DNA of 36,708 nt, from the IMG/VR virus record IMGVR_UViG_3300038797_000104, positions 1-36,708 of that record; one strand, given 5' to 3'. The position numbers and the translations under genes were made by a program. How positions within the stretch are numbered: position 1 is the first letter of the stretch; each line of letters begins with the position of its first letter. Origin of the DNA: a virus. Its lineage: Duplodnaviria; Caudoviricetes. Below are positions 1 to 7,052 of the stretch, in pieces. The notes beneath the pieces were generated by a model that had not been told where the DNA came from, did no database searches, and saw only the letters and a program-made list of their open reading frames with translations.

Positions 1-285
1 ATGTATCACCGGCCTCGTCTTGGCGAAGGCTTGTACATCTGCTTTACAGATGAAATGGATGATGGGCACGTGCTGAAGGCCCATTTTGAGAAGAAATTCA
101 AGCTCTTCGATTTGCTTTTCGAAGAGATGTATCTACGGATGCTTGCTTCGGGGAACGAAGGCCAACCGGCCGCAGTCCCAGAAGAGGCCAAGATCCATGA
201 GCAGAATGGCTTGTCCTACCGCCATGCGATTTACAGGATGCGTGATTCGTATTACGGGAACCAAGACTGCTTGATTCCCGTCTAA
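1..285 (+). CDS. Hypothetical protein (possibly 5'-truncated by the window)
   Basis: 94-aa ORF starting at base 1, followed 21 bp later by a co-oriented ORF and then a terminator. Confidence 0.6.
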   Translation: MYHRPRLGEGLYICFTDEMDDGHVLKAHFEKKFKLFDLLFEEMYLRMLASGNEGQPAAVPEEAKIHEQNGLSYRHAIYRMRDSYYGNQDCLIPV

Positions 286-306
286 GAAATACAACGGAGT
301 GGAGAG

Positions 307-477
307 ATGAAAATGCTGGGGAATTCGTTGCGTAATCTCAGGCCTGCTACGGCCGACGAACGGAAAGCCAATCAAGAGAAGGCGATGCAGGTACTAGCCG
401 GCTACAAGCAAGCCTCTCGTGAAATCCATGAGATCTGTACAGCGAAAGGTCTTGTCGAGCCCGTCGTGATCGCTTGA
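307..477 (+). CDS. Small hypothetical protein, 56 aa (MKMLGNSLRNLRPATADERKANQEKAMQVLAGYKQASREIHEICTAKGLVEPVVIA)
   Basis: Translated by hand (not in the ORF track); purine-rich GGAGTGGAGAG directly upstream; ends 13 bp before the terminator. Confidence 0.65.
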   Translation: MKMLGNSLRNLRPATADERKANQEKAMQVLAGYKQASREIHEICTAKGLVEPVVIA

Positions 478-490
478 ACGTAGAACCTCA

Positions 491-519
491 AAAAAACCCC
501 TCCAAGTGAGGGGTTTTTT
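491..519. terminator. Bidirectional intrinsic terminator between the left cassette and int
   Basis: AAAAAACCCCTC-CAAGT-GAGGGGTTTTTT perfect inverted repeat. Confidence 0.85.
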
Positions 520-1694
520 CATTTTAGCTTTATCTTATTTTCGTTTTCTGTTTGGCTCCACATTAGCTCCGCCTTTTCGCCTGCCACAAGGTCTGCTGCT
601 GGCATCCACCTGCCATAAACTCTCGCTATCATTGTCCAATCTGTGTGCCCCATCTGCTTGGCAACCCACATCGGATGTTCACCAGCCGACAGCATCATCG
701 AGGCGTAGGTGTGGCGAGTCTGGTACGGCCGGCGGTACCTAACGCCAGCTTTCTTCATCGCCGGCACCCACATCGTTTTCCGGATCGGGCCGTCACCCGC
801 CCAGCGCTCAAGCGTACGCGGGTTCTGGAAGACCTCGGCGTCTGCGAGGAACGTGTGCGCCTTCTGCGCTTTCAACGCCTCCATCGCAGGGCGAAGCAGT
901 TTGACGCTGCGCCTACCTGCAGCGGTCTTCGTCGTCTCGGCCTTTCCTTTTCCAGCCTGGGTCATTGCGCGACTCACCATGACCTCTTCCCGCAGCCAAT
1001 CGATATCGCCCCAGTCCAGCGCGACGAGCTCGCTGGTGCGCAGACCGGTCCATAAGGCGAACTGCATCATGTTGCGCGCCTGGCCGGTGAGGGCGCCCAG
1101 CACCGCCTGCTGCTCCTCGGGACTGAATGGGTCGACGTCGTCTTCTTTTGGCGGCGCGGCCTTTCGGGAGTACGTCCAGCCTGCCAGCGGATTCTGCTCG
1201 ATCAACTCCTCCTCTGTCGCATCGTTGAGCGCGGAACGGAGACAGCTCTGGATATTGCTGAGCGTCTTGTTGCCCACCACCAGAGTGTCCAGCCAGTCCC
1301 TCACTGCCTTCCGCTTCAGGTCCACGAGCATGGTGTCGCCCAGGGCGGGGATCAGGCGGAGGGTGACCAGCTTTCGATAGCCATCGAACGTGCTGCTCGC
1401 GACGTGCTTCTTCTTCGCCTCGAGCCACCTGGTCAAGAAGCCGTTCATGGTTTCTCGGGAGGCCTCGGGCGCAAACTTCGCCGCCCGCGCCGAACCAGGG
1501 AAGGTCACCGAGTAATCAAAGGTGCCGATCGATATCGCATGCTCGATCGCGGCCTTGTGCTGCTCGGCTTTCTTCAGATTAGTGGCGGTGGGCTTGAGCG
1601 TGATCCGCTCGCGGCACCGGACGCCCCGATACATGAACGTGATTTCGATGCTCGAATCGGAGACTGCCCGAACTCCCCGCCCGCCTCTACCCAT
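519..1694 (-). CDS. int: Prophage integrase, tyrosine recombinase with N-terminal arm-binding domain
   Basis: Motifs TGLRTSEL (R), TTKT (K), YQTRHTYAS, QMGH, VYGRW (Y); N-terminus SIEITFMYRGVRCRE typical of arm-binding domains. Confidence 0.95.
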   Translation of the reverse strand: MGRGGRGVRAVSDSSIEITFMYRGVRCRERITLKPTATNLKKAEQHKAAIEHAISIGTFDYSVTFPGSARAAKFAPEASRETMNGFLTRWLEAKKKHVASSTFDGYRKLVTLRLIPALGDTMLVDLKRKAVRDWLDTLVVGNKTLSNIQSCLRSALNDATEEELIEQNPLAGWTYSRKAAPPKEDDVDPFSPEEQQAVLGALTGQARNMMQFALWTGLRTSELVALDWGDIDWLREEVMVSRAMTQAGKGKAETTKTAAGRRSVKLLRPAMEALKAQKAHTFLADAEVFQNPRTLERWAGDGPIRKTMWVPAMKKAGVRYRRPYQTRHTYASMMLSAGEHPMWVAKQMGHTDWTMIARVYGRWMPAADLVAGEKAELMWSQTENENKIKLK

Positions 1695-1849
1695 GACTCA
1701 TATCCTTCTATGTCGAGAAGCGTCCGGCCATCCGGCGCTTTGATCCATATCTCACCGAGCCGCCAGATCCCGTCACGGATCTTTGAGCGGATCGCGTCTT
1801 CTGTGTAGCCAGACTCGCTGGCAAATTTCCTGACGGTCACGTAGCGCAT
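1574..1849 (-). CDS. xis: Cognate excisionase
   Basis: MRYVTVRKFASESGYTEDAIRSKIRDGIW...APDGRTLLDIEGYESW winged-HTH pattern; directly upstream of int and overlapping it; start moved to the ATG at 1849. Confidence 0.85.
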   Translation of the reverse strand: MRYVTVRKFASESGYTEDAIRSKIRDGIWRLGEIWIKAPDGRTLLDIEGYESWVEAGGEFGQSPIRASKSRSCIGASGAASGSRSSPPPLI

Positions 1850-1853
1850 GACT

Positions 1854-2231
1854 TCACCGTGTTTCGTGTCGCGACACTTTTTCGTTGCTCGCTTTTTGTG
1901 TCGCGTCACGGCCATGCATCACGCGAGCTGGAAATGCCACGCCCTCCCACTTGCCAGCCAAACCACGAATGGTATGGCGATCGACATGTGAGCGATGCGG
2001 CTTGCTTGCATACAAATTGGCGCACGCTGCGAAGCGCTGGGCATCTCCCTCCGTATCGACCAGTCTTTGCTGCTCGCTGGTGTTCACTTTGATCCACCCA
2101 TCCTTCGTCTTGCCGTAGTCGCTTGTACGGCTGAGGATGAATCGCCGGCCGCTGTTCTTGGCGCCAGTGGAAGAATCGTTCAAGTAATAGGCGATCGCAC
2201 CCAGTCGGACTCGCAGAATTGTTTTAGCCAT
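1854..2231 (-). CDS. Hypothetical early protein
   Basis: Start at MAKTIL overlaps the stop of the upstream ORF, consistent with translational coupling. Confidence 0.65.
   Translation of the reverse strand: MAKTILRVRLGAIAYYLNDSSTGAKNSGRRFILSRTSDYGKTKDGWIKVNTSEQQRLVDTEGDAQRFAACANLYASKPHRSHVDRHTIRGLAGKWEGVAFPARVMHGRDATQKASNEKVSRHETR
1866..1909. repeat. Pair of 12-bp palindromes upstream of xis
   Basis: GTGTCGCGACAC (1866-1877, perfect) and GTGTCGCGTCAC (1898-1909, one mismatch). Confidence 0.55.
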
Positions 2232-2418
2232 CGTTGCGCGCCCCCGATTCGGCCACCGTGCGTATCTGCAACTTGATGCCGCAAGCCATGGCCAAAGCCA
2301 CCAGCTCATTCACGGTGGTGCTGGGCTCTTGCAGGGCATGCCCCAAACGAACAAGCCGCGCACCCAGTCCGGCAAACTCGTTGCTCGCTGCGTTAGATTT
2401 CTGAGTCCCGGAGCTCAT
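2224..2418 (-). CDS. Hypothetical early protein, 64 aa
   Basis: Overlaps both neighbours within the operon. Confidence 0.65.
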   Translation of the reverse strand: MSSGTQKSNAASNEFAGLGARLVRLGHALQEPSTTVNELVALAMACGIKLQIRTVAESGARNDG

Positions 2419-2684
2419 AGCTGAAAACCCCTGTCCTGCGGGAGCGGGGCGGCGACCAATGAACCGTTTTCGTCAACGGTACTGGCTTGAGCGGTCCGTC
2501 CTGCGTTGCCCGAGTAGTTGGTCTGCTGTGGGAGCGAACTATCCGGCAGGCAACTGATGCCGGTGTTGTTCAAAATCCAGCAGGTAACGCCGCGAGAGCT
2601 GTCGTGCTGGACGCTGATGACTTGTTCGCTGGCGCCGGCTTGGCCGGCAATCAGCATCAGGGCGGCGATGATCAGTGCTCGCAT
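2415..2684 (-). CDS. Small exported protein with signal peptide and a Cys pair
   Basis: [18 protein letters not shown] signal peptide; GVTCW...GISCLP. Confidence 0.7.
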   Translation of the reverse strand: MRALIIAALMLIAGQAGASEQVISVQHDSSRGVTCWILNNTGISCLPDSSLPQQTNYSGNAGRTAQASTVDENGSLVAAPLPQDRGFQL

Positions 2685-3052
2685 GGGGTGCTCTCCATCA
2701 GATTGCCAGCCGAGTACCCGAATACTTCTGCCTCGGTGCCCAAGGCTTTTTCACGGAAAGGCAAGTGTTCGAGCAGGGCTTTCGCTTCGCTCAGGCTCGG
2801 CAGCTTGAACACGACCGTGAGGAAGGCCGGCTCGGCGTTGACCATCCGGACCCGAACGTCGATATGCATCGGCTTTTGATCCTTCGGAATACCTGCCTGA
2901 ATGCGCTGGTGAATTTCCTCACGGTGCACTGCGACCGACTCCGGCGCGGATATACCGAGGCGCGCCTGCTGGCCAGTGATACCCAAAACAGTGACGCTGA
3001 CGTCATTGCCAATACGGATCGTCTCGCCAGATCGGCGGGTAAGAATCAACAT
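2672..3052 (-). CDS. csrA: CsrA/RsmA-family RNA-binding protein with C-terminal extension
   Basis: [52 protein letters not shown] matches the CsrA consensus; AGGAG RBS. Confidence 0.92.
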   Translation of the reverse strand: MLILTRRSGETIRIGNDVSVTVLGITGQQARLGISAPESVAVHREEIHQRIQAGIPKDQKPMHIDVRVRMVNAEPAFLTVVFKLPSLSEAKALLEHLPFREKALGTEAEVFGYSAGNLMESTPCEH

Positions 3053-3139
3053 GGTCCTGCTCCTTTGAGTTGGGAGAAGCTTTCTCAGGGCCGAGCGAAT
3101 CCCGGCCGCGGTGTTGGCTTTCGCGAAAATCAGGTTGGG

Positions 3140-3523
3140 TTAAGCGGTGAGGGCGACCTCAACGCGTCGCACGGCGACGCGTGTTTCGATTCGATGCTCG
3201 CCTTTGCCTCGACGCACGCGTAAGGCTGGGTCTTCGGCAATGGATGCGTGAATCGCTAGAATTATTGCCATCATAGCGGCCGGTGAAATCAATCCGCGTT
3301 TAAAAGCCTCAGCAACCATTGCCGCCCGACGGGTTACCCCTAACTTGGTGGTCAGCGCCAGCAGGCGTTTGTCGATAGTGTCTGGAGCGATGCCCAATTC
3401 TCTTGCCGCTTCCTTGCTCGTCTTGCCCGCGGCCACGGCCATGAGGCACTGCAACTCACGCGGCGCCGCGCCGCGGCCGAGGAAACCGGTGAATCCTGCG
3501 AAGGTGATGGTTGCGGTGGTCAT
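3140..3523 (-). CDS. LuxR/GerE-type HTH transcriptional regulator
   Basis: PRELQCLMAVAAGKTSKEAARELGIAPDTIDKRL...KLGVTRRAAMVAEAFKRGLI. Confidence 0.85.
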   Translation of the reverse strand: MTTATITFAGFTGFLGRGAAPRELQCLMAVAAGKTSKEAARELGIAPDTIDKRLLALTTKLGVTRRAAMVAEAFKRGLISPAAMMAIILAIHASIAEDPALRVRRGKGEHRIETRVAVRRVEVALTA

Positions 3524-3535
3524 AGCGAGCTCAAA

Positions 3536-3594
3536 TTCAACTTAACTTGAACAAATAAAAACACATCATTTCGCTTTGTTCAACCTAAATTAAA
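3536..3594. promoter_or_regulatory. OL-like operators (two 16-bp sites)
   Basis: TTCAACTTAACTTGAA (3536-3551) and TTCAACCTAAATTAAA (3579-3594) share the TTCAA-N6-TTGAA dyad also seen between cI and cro. Confidence 0.65.
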
Positions 3595-3618
3595 AAGCCC
3601 GCACAAAAGGCGGGCTTT
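3592..3618 (-). terminator. Intrinsic terminator downstream of cI
   Basis: AAAGCCCGC/GCGGGCTTT stem with a U-tract on the minus strand. Confidence 0.75.
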
Positions 3619-3639
3619 AAGGTGGTGAGGCTGGGGGGG

Positions 3640-4317
3640 TTAGCGAATGGCGCCACCGCGCCAGATTACACGTCCAACAATTACTGGTAGGTCGCCTATC
3701 TGTTCGTCGGGGAAAAGACGCTTATCGTCGTTGTCACCTTTAATGACCCATCCGCCAGAGAAGTTCCGAACAAGGCGTCGGATACTGATTCCGTTGTCGG
3801 GATCGGGTCGTTTTAGGGCATACACCGAGCCACTGGAGGGGGCAGTGTCGGTGATGTCGATCAGCGTTACGTCGCCTTTGCAGATATAGGGTTCCATGCT
3901 GGAATCATCCACGCCAATGGTTAGAATTCCGGCGGTATTGACATCCAATTCCCTAAGCCAAGCCTTTTTGAAAAGCAAGCCTTCCTCTAGCTTGAGGTGC
4001 GAGTCGAGAGCTTCGCCTCCTCGATAGCGCCCTAATGAATACTTTGAAATCACTTCGTAATCATCACCGGCAAGCTCGAGAGGGTCGAGCTTTGATGACG
4101 CCGCTGCTTCACCAGTTATTAACCAGTCAAGAGATACGTCAAGGTGCCTGGCAATCGCGACCAGGTGCTCAATGCGAATGTTAGCTACCTCGCCTGAGAA
4201 CCATTGATTCACAGCCTGGTAGCTGACGCCGCAGACATGAGCGATCGCTGGTTTGATTTGTCGAGGAGAGATGCCGGCCTCTGCCATTACCCTCTTGATT
4301 CGGTCGATTATATTCAT
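3640..4317 (-). CDS. cI: CI-like repressor (HTH plus S24 peptidase-like domain)
   Basis: N-terminal HTH (GVSYQAVNQWFSG...SLDWLITG); C-terminal DSSMEPYI..GD, GDN, IVGRVIWRG; divergent from cro. Confidence 0.93.
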   Translation of the reverse strand: MNIIDRIKRVMAEAGISPRQIKPAIAHVCGVSYQAVNQWFSGEVANIRIEHLVAIARHLDVSLDWLITGEAAASSKLDPLELAGDDYEVISKYSLGRYRGGEALDSHLKLEEGLLFKKAWLRELDVNTAGILTIGVDDSSMEPYICKGDVTLIDITDTAPSSGSVYALKRPDPDNGISIRRLVRNFSGGWVIKGDNDDKRLFPDEQIGDLPVIVGRVIWRGGAIR

Positions 4318-4327
4318 TGAGCAAATC

Positions 4328-4380
4328 TACAAGAAAACTTTAAAAGTTAGGTTGACTTTAAAGTTGAAGAAAGGTTGAAT
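4328..4380. promoter_or_regulatory. OR-like operators with candidate PR promoter
   Basis: TACAAGAAAACTTTAA (4328-4343), TAAAAGTTAGGTTGAC (4341-4356), TTGAAGAAAGGTTGAA (4364-4379); TTGACT-17 bp-TTGAAT facing cro. Confidence 0.65.
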
Positions 4381-4406
4381 TCCTGTCACTTGCGAGGAGT
4401 TCACCC

Positions 4407-4679
4407 ATGACCAAAGACCAAGCGATAGCTCATTTCGGATCCACCGCGGCATTGGCTCGTGCGCTTCTTGTTACCTACCAAGCCGTCCATAACTGGGATG
4501 ACGCCATTCCGCCTTTGCGGCAACTGCAGATAGAAAGGATCACCAATGGTTCTCTAACTGCCGAGGGAAGCGTGTTTCCGGATACGCCGCTCACCCTGGA
4601 TGCAAATTTAGGCCCAATGCCTCCATCAGATAAGTCCGCCAAATCTGCTGTGAATCTATCCAGTGCAGAGGTTGCGTAA
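4407..4679 (+). CDS. cro: Cro-like repressor
   Basis: MTKDQAIAHFGSTAALARALLVTYQAVHNW...IPPLRQLQIERITNGSL; GAGGAG RBS. Confidence 0.9.
   Translation: MTKDQAIAHFGSTAALARALLVTYQAVHNWDDAIPPLRQLQIERITNGSLTAEGSVFPDTPLTLDANLGPMPPSDKSAKSAVNLSSAEVA
4648..4663. promoter_or_regulatory. Putative LexA (SOS) box within the cro 3' end
   Basis: CTG-TGAATCTATC-CAG (CTG-N10-CAG), 15 bp upstream of the next ORF. Confidence 0.55.
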
Positions 4680-4888
4680 TGAGCAACGTTCTTCCGTTCG
4701 ATTATCTGGTCGAGAGTTTCCGGTTCAGCCCAATTGGCGGATGTCGCTCCTTCGAACTGGCTGGTCTCATCAGCAAACGTATTGATCGCTTGCTCGGAAA
4801 CTCAGAAAACCTGAACTCGATTCAGCTGACTTCAACGAGAAGTGATCTGCGCGATCAAACGTTCACGCCGCTAGCCCGTCCAGGGTAG
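4679..4888 (+). pseudogene. Probable degenerate KilA-N-domain gene remnant
   Basis: MSNVLPFDY..RF..G..ELA...KRID..L.N.E.L resembles the start of phage KilA-N proteins, but the ORF is only 69 aa. Confidence 0.45.
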
Positions 4889-4958
4889 CCCGCGACCTTC
4901 TCAGGGTAGGGGCTTAAATTTTGTGCCTTTGGTGATAGGAACCCTAACTACCAGACAC

Positions 4959-4990
4959 AAAAAAGCCCGCTGTTGGAGGCGGGCTTCTTT
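4959..4990. terminator. Terminator-like hairpin (tR1-like)
   Basis: AAGCCCGC/GCGGGCTT stem flanked by an A-tract and CTTT. Confidence 0.6.
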
Positions 4991-5047
4991 ACCAGCACTT
5001 GGTTGGACAAGTGCTCAATTACTTCTTCGTCTGTGGAGGACGAATCA

Positions 5048-5473
5048 ATGCACCCGAAAAATACCACCGCTCCGCCTGGAGCGCAAGATATCACCCTCGT
5101 ATCGCCACTGAGCGACATCTCCGGCTTCGAGTTTTGGGAAGTTCGAGTTCGATATGAGGACGAAGGGGTTACGCGCACATTCCCCGGCGTTCTTGAAGAA
5201 GAACTAGCTTTTGAGCTTCGGGATATTTTGCAGGCCGAGGTTTCGCCAGCCGTAATCGACGTCATTTGGGCTGGTGCAGAAGGGCGTGATTACGCCTGGT
5301 TCGAAGCAAGGCACGACAAAATTTGCGACATGATTATTTCTGTTCGTACCGCCGAACGGCCTGGCCATGAATTCTTAGCGCGCCTTGGTCAGTTCGGACC
5401 CTACGTGGGATACGGGACACAAAAAACGGAATCCCAAAGTGTATCGCAGACTCTCGCGGGGGATCGGTCATGA
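5048..5473 (+). CDS. Hypothetical protein
   Basis: GGAGGA RBS before ATG 5048; ATGA overlap with the next gene. Confidence 0.7.
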   Translation: MHPKNTTAPPGAQDITLVSPLSDISGFEFWEVRVRYEDEGVTRTFPGVLEEELAFELRDILQAEVSPAVIDVIWAGAEGRDYAWFEARHDKICDMIISVRTAERPGHEFLARLGQFGPYVGYGTQKTESQSVSQTLAGDRS

Positions 5474-5766
5474 GCGCATCATTGGCATCCTTCGACACTG
5501 TTTTGATCGAAGGCGAAATTCTCGCTGACGTCCTTGTCAGTCCCGAGGATATGGCCCGAATGAATGAAGCTCGGGCCGCGTTCAAATCTCTGAAATCGAT
5601 CCTGCTATCGCAGGTTGTTCCTGCTCTTGGTGGTTGGGAAAACCCACTCGCCACCGAAATCGAACGCCATATAGAAATGGTCACTTTCAGAAGCCACAAC
5701 TTTCTTTGGCCCCATCGCCACGCCGGTGCCGCTCACGATGCAGTCGTCGTGGGAGGCAGCCAGTGA
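5470..5766 (+). CDS. Hypothetical protein
   Basis: 4-bp start/stop overlaps on both sides. Confidence 0.75.
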   Translation: MSASLASFDTVLIEGEILADVLVSPEDMARMNEARAAFKSLKSILLSQVVPALGGWENPLATEIERHIEMVTFRSHNFLWPHRHAGAAHDAVVVGGSQ

Positions 5767-6500
5767 ACATCGCCAAGATTCAAGGCGGCGATGCCGTCAC
5801 TATGTCCTCGCAGGAGATCGCTGATCTTGTCAGCTCACGTCACGACGACGTCAAACGCTCTATTGACCGACTTGTAACCCGGGGTGTGATTTCCCAACCG
5901 CCAATGGCGGATGGATCGAAGGCCGGCAACGGTGTTGTTGTTCAAGAGTATCGGGTGAGTAAGCGTGATAGCTACGTCATCGTCGCCCAACTGAGCCCTG
6001 AGTTCACAGCCGCGTTGGTTGACCGTTGGCAGACGCTGGAAGATCAGTCCGCCCAGCCAATGACCCAAGCCGAGATCACTGCCGCTAATGCAAATCACCT
6101 GGTGGTGGTAGAGCGACAGCAGCGGGAGCAGCAGGTCGCGCTTGATCGGATCGAGACTCGAGTGGCTAACGTCGAGAAGGTCCGCTACCTGGACAGCAGG
6201 CCGGCCGGCTTCGAATCCATGACCACCATCCGCGAACGCATCAACTTGCGCCATGGCATCCCGCCGTGGGTGATCAATGCCGTGATGCGCGATATCCCGG
6301 GCGCGCCGCTGCCATTCGCCATGGTGCGCAGTGCCCACGCCGACGACGGCGCCCAGCCATACGCGATCTGGCCAACAGCCGACATCACCCGTCGCTTCGA
6401 CCGGTTCGCTGCCGAGTGCACCTTCGTTACGGCCGAGCGAGCCACCCACCCCGATATTCAGCAAGGCCGGTTCAAGCTGCGCCAGAGGACTTCCGTATGA
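5763..6500 (+). CDS. rha: Rha-family phage regulatory/antirepressor-type protein
   Basis: TMSSQEIADLVSSRHDDVKRSI...KRDSYVIVAQLSPEFTAALVDRWQTLE; GTG start with GGAGG RBS. Confidence 0.85.
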   Translation: MNIAKIQGGDAVTMSSQEIADLVSSRHDDVKRSIDRLVTRGVISQPPMADGSKAGNGVVVQEYRVSKRDSYVIVAQLSPEFTAALVDRWQTLEDQSAQPMTQAEITAANANHLVVVERQQREQQVALDRIETRVANVEKVRYLDSRPAGFESMTTIRERINLRHGIPPWVINAVMRDIPGAPLPFAMVRSAHADDGAQPYAIWPTADITRRFDRFAAECTFVTAERATHPDIQQGRFKLRQRTSV

Positions 6501-6829
6501 GTCAGAAAACAGCGAATCCGACCACGGAGCCTACCGTTATCGACGAGGCGTACATGGAGCGCTTCACGAACGACCAGCTCGCATACAAGGCATGGACCGG
6601 CGCGGCCTTGGTGCAAGAGATCCTTTTCGACGAAGAGGGCATCGAGTACTGCATGCAGGACGCCAAGTTTGAGGCGGCGCACGCGGAGTTGGCACTGCGC
6701 GTGCTGGTGCGCCGACTGACTGGCATGAACCCGGATGAACTCCAGAAGGCTGTGCAGCAAAGGCAGCTTGAAGTTCTGGTGCTGGAGCCTGAAACGCCTC
6801 AACTCCCTGCCTGGGAGACGCTGCAATGA
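6497..6829 (+). CDS. Hypothetical protein
   Basis: ATGA overlaps on both sides; GAGGA RBS. Confidence 0.75.
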   Translation: MSQKTANPTTEPTVIDEAYMERFTNDQLAYKAWTGAALVQEILFDEEGIEYCMQDAKFEAAHAELALRVLVRRLTGMNPDELQKAVQQRQLEVLVLEPETPQLPAWETLQ

Positions 6830-7050
6830 ACCGCCTCCCGCAAACCACAACCGCCGAGAAGGGCCCCGTGTCGGTGATCGCTGGCCCGTGGCCGAGCTAC
6901 AGCCAATTCAAGGGGCTGCCAGAGCGCGATCGCTGGTTTCTGTATGGATCGGCCAAGGCCTACCGCCAAGCGCTGGAAGATCAAGGCGTGGTGATGGCCG
7001 AAGGGTACGACGCTTTTATCCGCCGCGTCTGCGCCGAGCTGGAGATCTGA
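6826..7050 (+). CDS. Hypothetical protein, 74 aa
   Basis: Coupled ORF directly before the initiator. Confidence 0.75.
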   Translation: MNRLPQTTTAEKGPVSVIAGPWPSYSQFKGLPERDRWFLYGSAKAYRQALEDQGVVMAEGYDAFIRRVCAELEI

Positions 7051-7052
7051 CC

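Noticed and set aside
478-540. attL next to the integrase
   Set aside because: No tRNA fragment or matching direct repeat at the right end was found; the similarity to 32817-32843 is only a terminator hairpin with the same CAAGT loop
3053-3139. Structured ncRNA upstream of csrA
   Set aside because: Short hairpins exist (GGCCGAGCGAATCCCGGCC, GAGAAGCTTTCTC) but there is no covariation evidence from a single sequence
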